The position numbers and the translations under genes are program-made. A stretch of 63,861 nt of DNA, filler included, from Platydemus manokwari (taxonomy: Eukaryota): the NCBI GenBank assembly GCA_037951405.1. It is 5 parts of 5 records of this genome, joined end to end, with 100 filler letters (N's around TTAATTAATTAA, not from the genome) between each part and the next. Parts side by side here need not be neighbours in the genome. Positions count along the whole stretch, not along the records: positions 39,221 to 50,986 come from JBBMOY010476664.1; positions 51,087 to 63,861 come from JBBMOY011970267.1; 3 more parts are not named here. One strand, given 5' to 3'. The first letter of the stretch is position 1. The number at the start of each line of letters is the position of its first letter. The notes beneath the pieces are model-generated. The model worked only from the letters and a program-made list of their open reading frames with translations. It was not told the origin of the DNA and did not search any database. Positions 40,861-52,702 of the stretch are shown here, piece after piece.

Positions 40861-41575
40861 ATGAAACGTAATTTTGATCAAATAAATAGAGGAAATCAAA
40901 TTTCAGATTTTCAAAGTAGATATCCTCCACCATTTATGCCACCATTTGCTAATCCGCTCCCAGCTTCAATTCGTCCACATTTTCCTACGCCACATGCTGA
41001 AAATCAAACTGTTTCGTAAGATTTAGGTAAATCGTGATTTGATAATATGATTACTTTTAGATATCATAATCCTGTGAATTATAATCCTAACTTTTCAAAT
41101 CAAAATGAAAATTCAGAAATGTATAGACAAAGATTTAGTCATTATCCTAATAATAATCATCAATCATTTAATTACAATAATAATAATAATACTTCTCAGT
41201 ATACTTATAATGATGTTAATAATTATTATGATTACAATTCTAATAAGAAAACAAGGTACTTGTTTGATATATAATTTAAAATTATATTTATTAAGAGGGG
41301 AGTATAAGCCAAGAGGAGCTTATAATAATAATAATAAGTTTCGTGGTTCATTTAAGTAAAACTAATAACTGCGGGTTAGTTTTTATTTAAGTTTAATTTA
41401 GGAATAATACTGGAAACAATTCCCATTCAAGAAGCACATTTAATGTATTTTGGTTTTTATTATATTAAATCTATGACATTTATTTTAGGGTAATGTAATG
41501 GAAAATCGAATAAGAGATCCTTGGAGTGACATGCAACATGTAAGTGCGCCATTAAATTCGAGTGGTTTAGTTTAG
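40861..41575 (+). CDS. MPLKIP/TTDN1-like small low-complexity protein, 5 exons
   Basis: Exons 40861-41015, 41061-41255, 41296-41355, 41402-41444, 41489-41575 splice in frame (introns 40-46 nt). Pro-rich N-terminus, Asn/Tyr/RG-rich middle, C-terminal MENRIRDPWSDMQHVS resembling the MPLKIP ..MLEDPW..L.PVS motif. Gene model solid, family call tentative. Confidence 0.6.
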
Positions 41576-43606
41576 ATATATTTTATTGAAATTTAATAAA
41601 TCTTAAAAAATCTTTTTAATTTTCATTTTGAATATTATTAATAATAAATGTTATGAAGCTATGTTATCAACAAGTACGATCGTTTAGAGATCACGATATT
41701 ATTGAGTAGTTTTATTGATACTGAGTAGTGTGTTGTGAGTATTTCATGAATAATTGTTGTAGACATATATAACGATATCTGATTGGTTGTTAGAAATAAT
41801 TTGATTGATTATTGATTTTAATACTTTGTTAATATATGCATGTTGGTTATTGCTTGTTTAGATGTGTTTTGAGATTATTGTGCACAACATATATTGAAAT
41901 ATTTACTATTTGTTTGAACTAATTATTCACCAGTTACGATATTTGGTGTAGCAGTGAAAAATGATTAATAGATTTGTAAAATATCATAAATAAATGTGTA
42001 CGAATATATGTTGATACACAATTATGATATCGATACAAGTTCTTATCATCGCACAAAGTTTTGGTCAAATAAAGAAACAATTAGACAATAAGAAGTCATG
42101 TTCAACAGCAGAAAAATAACTGAAATTATAACACAAATGACCGACTAATATAAACTATCATCACGAGAACATTTAATAAAGTCAATTAAAATTATTCGTT
42201 GTTATTCAACCCAATGGTTTCCGTATAATATTGTGATCTGGAATAAATAAGAAACCTTTAAACTATCATCTTACACATTTTCGATATTTGTATTGATTAC
42301 TATAGAGGGCAATCAGCCCATTAAATGATGCACTTGAGGAATAGGATTCTCCACAACCAATAGATCTTTGAATGTTGTGCTTATTACAATATAGTTTGTA
42401 TATTCATTTTATTTCCATCATATTTATCATCATCTTTACCGGGTGAAATCGAGCCTTTGCTATTTAACAAAAGAAGTTAGAATAGTTGAATATTTTATGA
42501 CTATCAAAATCTCCAGGCTAGAAGCCCTTCTGATTAATAAAAATTTTCAAACACTCTGATATCGATATTTTCGTAACATCAAAATTTTGATTTTATCCGA
42601 ACATGAACCTCAGCACTTAATGGATCTTTAGCACTTATTAAAATTACATTAAAAGTATTCAGTATATATTATAATTATTTCAAATGATATAAAAAGTTAT
42701 TATTATCTTCCTAACAGTATAAGTATAGTAACGAAAATAATGATTAATTTATATTAATTTTATTGTATGTTATTTATTTCAGATTGAAACAGTGCAATAC
42801 CAACTTGACTTAGGAATATTTAATGAATAGATTTTTTTCTAAACACCAGATAACCACCATATGTAGGTTTAACCATGCGGAAATATTTTGGTAGAAAATT
42901 TTATTTGGATTTTGAGCAACACCTTGTCTTGTACTTGAACAGAATAAATAAAATCTTAAAATAACCTTGCGCAAATTTCAATTAATAGTATTTATAGTAC
43001 CTAATTTTCAGCTAATATCATAATCAGGAAATTTTCACTCTAGTTCCTTGTTAAATTAAATATTTTGAATTTCGTAGCACTTACAAATAGAAATCTCACC
43101 AATTGACTTCACCTTTGAATTCGTAATAATCACATTCAATAGACATATTTAGTGACTTAATGAAATAAATATTAAATAGCCACATATAGACCTCACATTT
43201 TACGTGAATAAATATCAAAGTCCGATATTTCACGTGTTTAAATTAACAAAGCTGTAATAATCAAGTGGATATAATAATCATTAATAACAATCTGAAAAAT
43301 TTCAATGACAATAACTCAAATCAAATACTGAAATCAAAACCTCTATTAAATCTAACAAAATAATTTTATTAAAAATAATCATCTTATGAACCCAGCTTTA
43401 TTCAATAGATAAAACATTACAACATAACATTCTCAAATCTAAACATCACTACTTTTATCATCTCGGCTTTTCATGAATATAAATAACAAAACACAAATCA
43501 TAATTAAATAACAAATAATTTAAAATTATATATTAAATTAAACACAAATTTTCTAAACTGATTATAAACACACTTCTTTCTAGTCATTCGCGATTGCCAT
43601 TCCGCC

Positions 43607-43670
43607 CTAAAGAAAAAATAGATATATAAGACGAGAAAAAATAAATTTGATTGAGGTTCTTTAATCTCAC
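43607..43670 (-). other. 64-nt intron in SRSF1 3'UTR
   Basis: CAG|GTGAGA donor and tattttttctttag acceptor, beginning 180 nt after the stop codon. Confidence 0.65.
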
Positions 43671-43850
43671 CTGAGATTAACCAATCGATGTAAAACCAAT
43701 GTAGTGCACAAAACCATATATTAGATACCCTTTGTCAGAAAATGCCAAAAGAAATGAAAGAAAAGATCCTCATTGCCATAAAAGAACCAAAGAAGTTCAC
43801 CATCCAAAGATTCATTCGAAATATTCCAAATTGTGTAATTACCGATAATA

Positions 43851-44683
43851 TTAATTCGAGCTTGATCTTGATGATGAAGATGAATCTCTATCATTTCTTT
43901 TGGGCGAATAATTTGGTGATCGTCGGTAACGTTTTGGTGATTCCGACCTGGATCTCGAGCGTGACCTTGAACGTCGACCACCCCTTGATTCTCTCTCCAA
44001 GCGTATTCTTCCTACATCACCCTGAAATAAAAATTAACAATGCATTTCAAAGGATAACAATTTACCCTGTATGTTTTTAATTCAGAATCATCAAGTGTCT
44101 TTAATGCATATTTTAAGTCATCTTCATTTAAGTAATCGCAAACGCCTGTTCCATCACGAAAGACGTCAGCATAACTAACATCTCCAGCCGCTTTCATGTG
44201 ATCTTTCAAATCTTGCCAACTTGCACTCTGTGGAAGTCCAGTAACGCGTACTCGGAATTCTGTAGATTTAGATTTAGTACCAAATGTTCGTGGTCTTCCA
44301 GTGTTGCTACTTCTATCGTCATATCTACCATTATAGCTACCACGATATCCTCCACCACCACTTCCTCTTCTTCCACCTCGATCAGAACCGGCGCCTTTTG
44401 ACATTTCAACTTTTAAAGTATGTCCTTCATAACGGTAATTGTTACGGCCATGAATTGCATCCTCAGCATCTCTAAATTTTAAATAAAATAATAAATACAC
44501 CTAAGACCTTTCAAATTACCGAGATGATTCATATTCAACAAAAGCAAAGGAAGATTCGGCTCTGTTTTTAACGTCAACATCTTTAATTCTACCATATTTT
44601 TTAAAAACGTTTTCAACTTCGTTTGATCTTATATCAGAGGGTAAATTTCCAACATATACCTTAGTTGATCTACCATACGACAT
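43851..44683 (-). CDS. SRSF1: Serine/arginine-rich splicing factor 1 (SRSF1/SRSF9 group), 3 coding exons, 246 aa
   Basis: Exons 44683-44520, 44471-44066, 44021-43851. RRM1 (VYVGNLP..FAFVEY..DAEDA), G-rich linker, pseudo-RRM2 with [11 protein letters not shown] domain. 5'UTR intron 44777-44695. Confidence 0.93.
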
Positions 44684-47605
44684 TTTGGAAATTTCTAAAT
44701 TAAACAATTAAAACAAATATATGTTAAATATGTTTTACGTGTTGTGAAAGTACACATATTTTTCTAATATTTCTTACCAGCCGAAAAATGTTTTGAAACT
44801 TTTGAAATATATTATATTTGATAATAACCAGAGTAATTTAAATGACTACAAACTTTTTTATTTTAATAAAGTCTAACTAATATTAAATTTGTCAAGTCAA
44901 ATTAAAATAAGTTACAAAAAATAAAATTACAATTCGAAATTGATTTTTGCAAAAAAGCTTACAAGATTTTAGAAATATTTGGATTCAATCTTAATCGCAG
45001 TTTCCAAATATGTTATAATTCTTTTGCAGGCCATTTTATAAACTCAAGTTTGTACACTTTACACACTACTGCAATATCAAAAATAAAATAATTAAAAATC
45101 ATATCAATTACAATTTTATGTTTAATATAGAAATGAAATCAAAAATATGAATATGATTTTTTAATCAAGCAAAATTTATTTAACCGAACTAACAAGGTTC
45201 AAGACAAGATATCATTCAATTCATTTCCCACAAAAAGTAATTAAATAATTATAAATTTAATCCAAATATCTAAGACAATCATAATATTAATGTAAATAAA
45301 GTGTAAATTCTGAAATTATATATTTTGATATTTTCGATTTGGTGCATAAGTAAGTGTAAATAAGTATCATCGTATAACGTTAATATCTATACAATTTCCT
45401 CCATCAGTTATCCTTCATGATATAGTCATGTAAAGCACAAAGTGCCAAATTTTGATATGTATATATCAATTTATATTTTTATTTTATTTGTTCAACTTCA
45501 AGAGTAGCAACAATAATATTTTAATGTTATATTTATTTCTGTTTTGGTGGATTGTTTTACTCTCTAATTCACCAATTCGACAATTCTCTGCAAGCACCTG
45601 TAAATAGAATGTGAAATAGCACAAGAAAATGAAAACTGTTATATTATTTTTGCGCTGATCTGAATTTTAAGTTGATTCTCGTGACCTCTATTCGTTATTC
45701 CAATATTGATTAGTTATTTATATAGTAGAAATGATCTATAATATAAATTTCTTTTATAAAGAAAAATTCATGTTAAAAACTTGAAGATGTATCTTTGGTA
45801 TTAAGTTCTTCTATTGTTATATCGGAGTGAATATAGCACTAGTTAAACAGGATATGTTTATTTAAAAAACAAATATCACAAAAAAACAATGTTAATTTCC
45901 TATCATATTCACATGGTCATGGTAGTGTGTTAAGACTTTCGATAGAATGGTACCAAAAATGACATGATTTTCTAATTATCGAGTGTTTACTTAGCAAAGT
46001 AATATTTTAATTAAATTTATGTTAAGGTATTGCTTTGCTGGCGTTGTTGCTAATGATATCGACTCTATCCAAATAAGATGGTCAAATCAGTTCTTTAATG
46101 GTGCAAGTTCCTTGTTTAACCAAGTTTTAACTTATAGTTGCGAGTGACTAAATAATTTCATATAGGGCTATTTTTTGTCTTTAATTACTTTTACATTTTC
46201 TTCTAGCTTTATGAGCTCTGTCTGCACCATCAGTTATAGTATATCTCAAGTCCGAAATAGCACTGGCTAAAACGGGCTGTATTAGTATTTAAATATCAAT
46301 ATTTAATGACCATTAAATATCATTTTATTTTAACAAATATATATTGAGACGGGAGGTTTCATGTTAGCTCTCACTAGTCCTATAGGACTTCGGTAACTCA
46401 TATGAAGACGAAGTTACCTGAAAAATCAAATGAAGCGTCTAAAGGTTTGAAGCTATACAAATTGATTGTTGGAACAAGGATTCTTTGTCACACTGCAGTA
46501 AATTCGTTTGGTACTAGGAGTTGACAATAATTAATTAATATACATATTATCATTTGATATGTGTGAAATGTAATAACGATAATTGTCAATACGATTTATT
46601 TAAGAAATCAAAAATCGATTAAGAGCCAAACTAACGACAAAGAAAGGCAAAATGCGCAACGTACTACTCAAGTAAATTGCAACTAAATATTCATAAATGG
46701 GATATCGAAAATGATTAATTAAATAAATTAATGATTATCGTGCTATGATTGGATATGGTATAAAATTTAGTCATTCTTAAAATCTCATGTCAGTAATTTA
46801 TCATGGGAACCTTAGATCGTTTCTGTAATAACCTTCGCACATAGTCGGAATTCAAGATTATTTTGTGTGAAATATTGTCCGGTTCATTTTTTTTCTTAAT
46901 ACAAAATATTAAATAAGATATGGTTTTTTGTATTTATTATTTTATTTATTGATCCTTTGACATTTATTATTGTTGTACAAAAATAATAATTTTATGTGTA
47001 TAAAATAAGATTATAAGATATAAATTAATATTTAAAATACCTAAATTATTAACTGTTGGAGTTATTATTTTATTTTCCAAATTCTATTATGGGTTCTATA
47101 CCATTGTTTGAAGCGCAATGTCAGTCCGAATAGCGCATGTATTAGAATATTGTAATCAAAATAAATCGATGCAAAGAACTTGATATTCTTTTTATCTAAC
47201 TCTAGTACAAGTATACACAAATTAATAATTTAAATCCCTTTTACAGAAAAATAATTCAAATTCCTTTTTATTCAATGATTCAGTACTCTTTACACTCAGC
47301 TAATTTCGCAACCACTCAAGATTAAAAATTTACTCAGACACAGATTAAAAACGACGGTCAACTAGAGAAGGCTTTGATAACGAACCTTCTTTGTGTTGAA
47401 AATATTGAGTTTATATGCATATATATATATGAACGTCTCAATTAATTATTTTAATGTTTTAAAGCGTTGCTTATTTACAATTCAAAGGAATAATCATTAT
47501 ATTATTTATTTTACAATATTTATACGAAAAACTTTATGTTTAAATATATTAAATTCTCTAGTTAGTGATTTGTTTTATGATACGGATTTGAATTTTTAAT
47601 AATTA

Positions 47606-50107
47606 ATGAATAACGAAGACATTAAAGAAAATAATCCTCTTGTATCTAAAATACGTAAAGTTATAGATTTAAAGATTGAAAACGATGAAGTATGAAATAA
47701 CTGAAACTTTAATTCTTAAATTTTTTAAAGGAATTATTAGATGGATTGAAATTTCTTTCATTATATTTTAATGATAACAATATTCGTAATAGAAGAAATT
47801 TAAGAAGTCTCATTGAAAAACAAGGTATAGAAAGTCGTAAAACAGTGTTATTGGAATGTAAAGCTGTCGTAAAGGTATAATGTAATAAGTTATTTTCAAA
47901 ATAGAGTAAATTAGAGTAAAATTTAGCAATTAGAAGAAATCAGCGATATTGTTCGTGATATGAACGAACATTGCATGCAAATGAGTGACAGATTAAATGT
48001 TTGTTGGTTTTATAATATATACATTATTTAATTGATAATAAGAAAACAAAAAGTCAAACCCGAGATTTGATTCAACAAACGACAGCCCTTCAAGCGGAAG
48101 GGTAATGTATCATTATTAATCTTTGATTTCCGTGAACATTCGATGCCTTATTTTCAGTCAGAAAATTGAATTGAAACGCAAAGTTGCCGTTTCATTTGCT
48201 CAAAGATTTCAACTGACTTCCGAAGAACTGGAAATATTAAACAACGATGGGCCTGTGGACGAGAAATTTTTATTATGTCTGGAAAGATTAAAAGAAGTCG
48301 AAGATCATTGTCGATTGTTGCTACGATTGCCGAATCAAACGGCAGGGTGAGCAAAATACTGATTGGGCGATCATATTTTATTACTTCATCACATTTCCAC
48401 AGGGTTGAAGGTCTGGAAAATGCTTCCGCTTTAGTCGAATCAGCTTATGAGCGATTATATCGTTGGGCCCAACGGTGTTGTCGACAAATGAATGGTGAGA
48501 CTTGCGATATCAGTATCGGCCTATGCATGGCCATGTCGTATTTGCAAGAGAGGCCGTTATTATTGGAGTTTGTGATGAATTGATATCATTTTGACTGTTT
48601 AATATGTGCTTTGTTTTAGATATGTCATTGACGAGTTCAGCACTGCTCGTCGAGCAGCTTGTGCACATGCTTTTATAGATGCTTTGACGAGCAATCGTGC
48701 TGCTGCTCCGATTGAAATACACGCACACGATCCCGTACGATATTCCAGTGATTTGCTTGCTTGTTTGCACCAATTGGCTGCGACGGAAAAGGAACATTTG
48801 CGATCATTGCTCAGGAAATGCAATGAGCTCGAGTCGGGTGATATTCTTTCTGATTGCTTGGATCGAATTTGTGAGGGATTATGTCGACCATTCAAGGTGA
48901 GCCATCGACCATTGTTATTGTGTTAATCATTGGCACGCTGTTAACAAATCAATAAATCCAGATGCGGATCGAACAAGTTCTCGTCAGTGAGCAGGAAATC
49001 CTCACGTTGTACAAGATCAGCCATTTGCTCAAATTCTACAAGATTACTCTCGAGTATGAAGTTATTTGATTTGAAGTTGTCCAATCAAATATTCACAGTT
49101 ACGTTGCCATGGCAACAATGGAATCGTAACTCATCAAATTGTTACTAATTATGGCATCAATTATTTGTTTTCATTTGTAGACAGCAATTGCTTCATTCCG
49201 GATCGAATCTCTCCAGCACTGTTGAGGAAATGCAGCTGCTCAGCTGGCGATTGTTTTTCAGTGGACTCAAGAACCATTCGTGTAACATGCTGGAAAAGGT
49301 ATTTCTCGTCACCATGGCAACGTCAATTGACGATATAATTCTATCATTTTCTCACAGATCGAGAGCCCCCAACATAACCTCGTCCCCACTCCCGCCATCC
49401 AGCGAACCCTTCGTCTGCTCGAGGATATTCTCACAGCCCAAGACGTGTCCATGCTACCCACGGCCAACAACAAATCAGATCTGCAACAGATGCTCTACAC
49501 ACTTATTGATCCTCTGTTGCAATATTGCTGCTTATCTGCCAGCTCGATTGCTCCAGTAGAAGCGGCAGTTTATCTGTGCAATTGCCTCTACACTTATCAG
49601 ATCTCATTGGCCAAATTCGAATACACCGATGCCAAACTGGAACAGGTGTGTATTTATCGATAAATAGTTGTTTCCATGACTACTCTCGTCTATTAGATTC
49701 AAGGTCAATTGGATGCCAATATCGATTCACTGGTGAGCTTTCAAGCTGGCTTCGTTATTCGCAGCAGTGGCCTGAGTGCTCTTTATGAGCTCATTGAGCA
49801 AGAGAGTCACGACGGTGCCAACGAGATTGTTCTGAGTGATCGTGTGCCGGAATCGTCAGTTAAAAAGATCATGGCTCAATTCGATCTGTTTTTGGCACAC
49901 CCAGACACGCTTGTGATGCCCCAATTGGCCTTGCTATCAAGCATCAAGGTGCGCGATCTGATTCGTCGCCGATCGAACGATCTCGTTCACAGTGCTTATA
50001 CGCGCTTGTACAACGCGATCAGACGCCCTTCCAGTTGCTATAGCGATCCGTGCTCGCTTATACCCCGCACGCCAGAACAAGTTGCTGATTTGATACTCAA
50101 TTGCTGA
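47606..50107 (+). CDS. COG6: Conserved oligomeric Golgi complex subunit 6, 11 exons
   Basis: NPLVSKIRKV..ENDEELLDGLKFLS..RNRRNLRSLIEK..TRDLIQQTTALQ..FQLTSEE..AYERLYRWAQ..FIDALT..PIEIHAHDPVRYSSDLLACLHQ..CRPFKMRIEQVL..PRTPEQVADLI; all introns GT-AG. Confidence 0.95.
49103..49116. promoter_or_regulatory. Perfect palindromic RFX X-box GTTGCCATGGCAAC (COG6 intron 8)
   Basis: Exact match to the optimal RFX palindrome. Confidence 0.7.
49308..49321. promoter_or_regulatory. RFX X-box GTCACCATGGCAAC (COG6 intron 9)
   Basis: Full match to GTYNCY-AT-RGNAAC. Confidence 0.65.
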
Positions 50108-50880
50108 CGGGTCCTATCGGGCGGGGTTATTTCGTGAAATAAATTTGTTTTTGGCTTCTTTATTTGGCTTCAATATCTTCCATTTCGGTGTCTTTTATTT
50201 CTTTATTTATCGACAAATTCATAACGGTATTGATTGTTATCGTGACATGCCAACGTATCACTCAATCGTTATCAATTAATGTAATAAATTCGACTCAAAA
50301 CTGTTGATGTTCTGTTTAATGTCTGATTATAACTGACTAATATAAATGATGTTGCGAAATATTTGTCACATTATATGTGCGTGTGTGTGTGTTTGCTATG
50401 GTAACCAATATGACAATCCAGTCAAATATTTTGAGATTGAATTTAAGCGTATATTTCTTGTCATTTATAGCCGTATTGGCGAGGTGAATGTTTTGATTAA
50501 TGGGTTTTCAAAAATGATTTTATAACAAAAGCCAAAAACGAAACAATGATTGAAAAGTTCCTAGCTTCAAAATTGCCGTATTGACAATATGTTTTCCAGA
50601 TTTCCTAGGGGCTTCAGTATTTTCAAATGAGACAAATAGAAGAACATTTAATTGATTAAAGATACATATTTAATTGAAGTTTATGTAAATATTTTTGTAA
50701 ATATATATATTTTTTTATTTATATGAAAAAAAATAAAATTTGTAAAATAAACTGGAATTATCAAAAAATTACCAAGTGAATTAAAGAAATCAAATGAATA
50801 AATGGCAATGATAAATGGCACACAAATAATTCAAAAATAAGAAACGATAAAATAAACACGATATGATTAATGGTGTAATG

Positions 50881-50986
50881 CAGGGGTCTCCAAACTTTTT
50901 CAGCAAAGGGCCACATTGCTGATTTTTTAAAATTTGGAAGGCCAAAACTATGATAGGTTTACAAAAAACTCAAATTAGCCAAAATA
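50881..50986. mobile_element. hAT Charlie-type element end truncated by the gap
   Basis: CAGGGGTCTCCAAACTTTTT..AAGGGCCACAT is a typical Charlie-family terminus; the preceding 8-mer GTGTAATG has central TA. Confidence 0.7.
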
Positions 50987-51086
50987 NNNNNNNNNNNNNN
51001 NNNNNNNNNNNNNNNNNNNNNNNNNNNNNNTTAATTAATTAANNNNNNNNNNNNNNNNNNNNNNNNNNNNNNNNNNNNNNNNNNNN
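50987..51086. other. Assembly gap spacer
   Basis: N44-TTAATTAATTAA-N44. Confidence 0.99.
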
Positions 51087-52059
51087 TATTGATTATGTCA
51101 TTCCAACCAAACAGAATAAAAATTAAGGCTTGTTCACAACAAATCTTCCCTACCAACATATTTTTATCTTAACGCTCATTTCATACCGGTACACCTGATA
51201 TCTTGTAATAACCAATTTCCTATGGCCTCGTAAAACAATCATGTAGCACCCGGTGGTTATTTTAGCTCAGGCAAAGGAACCTCCAACTTAGCTAGTTTTG
51301 AGGAGTCATAGACCAGTTACATAAATGAAAAAATTTAAATGAACTTTAATGGAGAAAAAACTTTGAGGTGGTAAAATATATAATGGCGATGTGAGAACTC
51401 AAATCTTTCGTAATAATTCGTATGCTTTACAAATCCAAAACAAGGAAAAACATCAAAAATGCTTCGTTACTAAGGGAATATCAATCCGATGATTTTCTTG
51501 GATTAATATTTCATTCATTAGGTTTTTAAGATGTTTAACACATTGAAAGAGAATAAAAATATTTTAAAACTTTTTCATTGTCATCGAGAAAGTGGAATCA
51601 ACTTTTATAAATAAAGGGTTGAAAATAGATTTTTGATAAAAATAAGAAAGCTTAAGCCAGTGAAAATGTGTTCAATTTCGAAAAGAAATTCCAGCAGTAA
51701 AATCTAAAAATTTTTAATTGAACGGATTATTGAGCTTGATTCTTAAATATAAATTATGTTTCGTTGATTCTTGTTATCAACAACTCAACAGCAGTTCGCG
51801 TTCCGACAAGCGAGTTCATGGACTACTTGAGTTATTTAAATTAATAAAACTAAAAGCTGATTCAACTATTTTAGCACCACCATTATGAAATTCATACCTC
51901 TCAGCCTTAGCACTATAAATATGAATAGCTACTTTCTAACTGTAAATATTATTTTTATAAAACTGGATTATTAATTGGACTTAACCGTAAAGAGCAAAAA
52001 TTTTTATCTCATGAAATTGGAGAATAATTATAAACACACAGGATATAAGAATCTATCTA

Positions 52060-52702
52060 TTGGGTTGATGCATAAAGTCGTGCGGTTTGTTATAATTATA
52101 TTGCGTTGTTGAACCTCGGTTTTCGCTCGTGGTTATGGTTGCTTTTAAGGACTTACCCCAGCTTTTTCGTGTTTCAAATTTGCATACAGGCACCATTTCT
52201 CATCAGCTGTTACGATCCTGGAAAGGAAAAATTGATGTTATTATGCAGCGAACGGGTAAAGATGCAGAAATCGAAACAAGTTGATTTTTGTGACTTTCTT
52301 TAGGAAAGTGAGGTACCCATGATCCAAGTTTTTGAACTTTTCCTATTTTTTGAGATGTCGAGAAATAGCAGTGTGATCACAATCCATGGCTTGTCCAAGT
52401 GCTCCTGTCGATTGACACGGATCATCATGAATCAATTGGTTCAAACAGTTTTCATCAAGCATCATTTAAATGAAAATTTCCACTGTTAAATTTCGAAAAC
52501 CACTTATGTGCTGTTCGTTCACTGACTGCCTTTTCTCCATAAACGCAACAAATCATTCTGGAGGCTTCTGCAGCATTTAAATGTTGATTAAAATAGAAAA
52601 TGAGTACATGCCGGAAATGTTCATTTTTATCTACCTGACACTCCATTTTAATGAGGGTAATGAAAGTGAAAGAAAGCCGCATAAATTTATGCAACACCCC
52701 AA
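52060..52702 (-). mobile_element. Internally deleted mariner (mellifera-like), 643 bp
   Basis: TA-flanked ~30-bp TIRs (TTGGGTTGATGCATAAAGTCGTGCGG / rc TTGGGGTGTTGCATAAATTTATGCGG). Transposase from ATG 52646: MECQVDKNEHFRH..AAEASRMIC..ERTAHKWFSKF..GSWVPH..RIVTADEKWCLY. Internal stop; 3' half of the catalytic domain missing. Confidence 0.92.

Noticed and set aside
46370-46425. Two adjacent hairpins (AGTCC-TATA-GGACT; GGTAACT..AGTTACC) resembling a hammerhead ribozyme
   Set aside because: The CUGANGA and GAAA core is not correctly placed on either strand.
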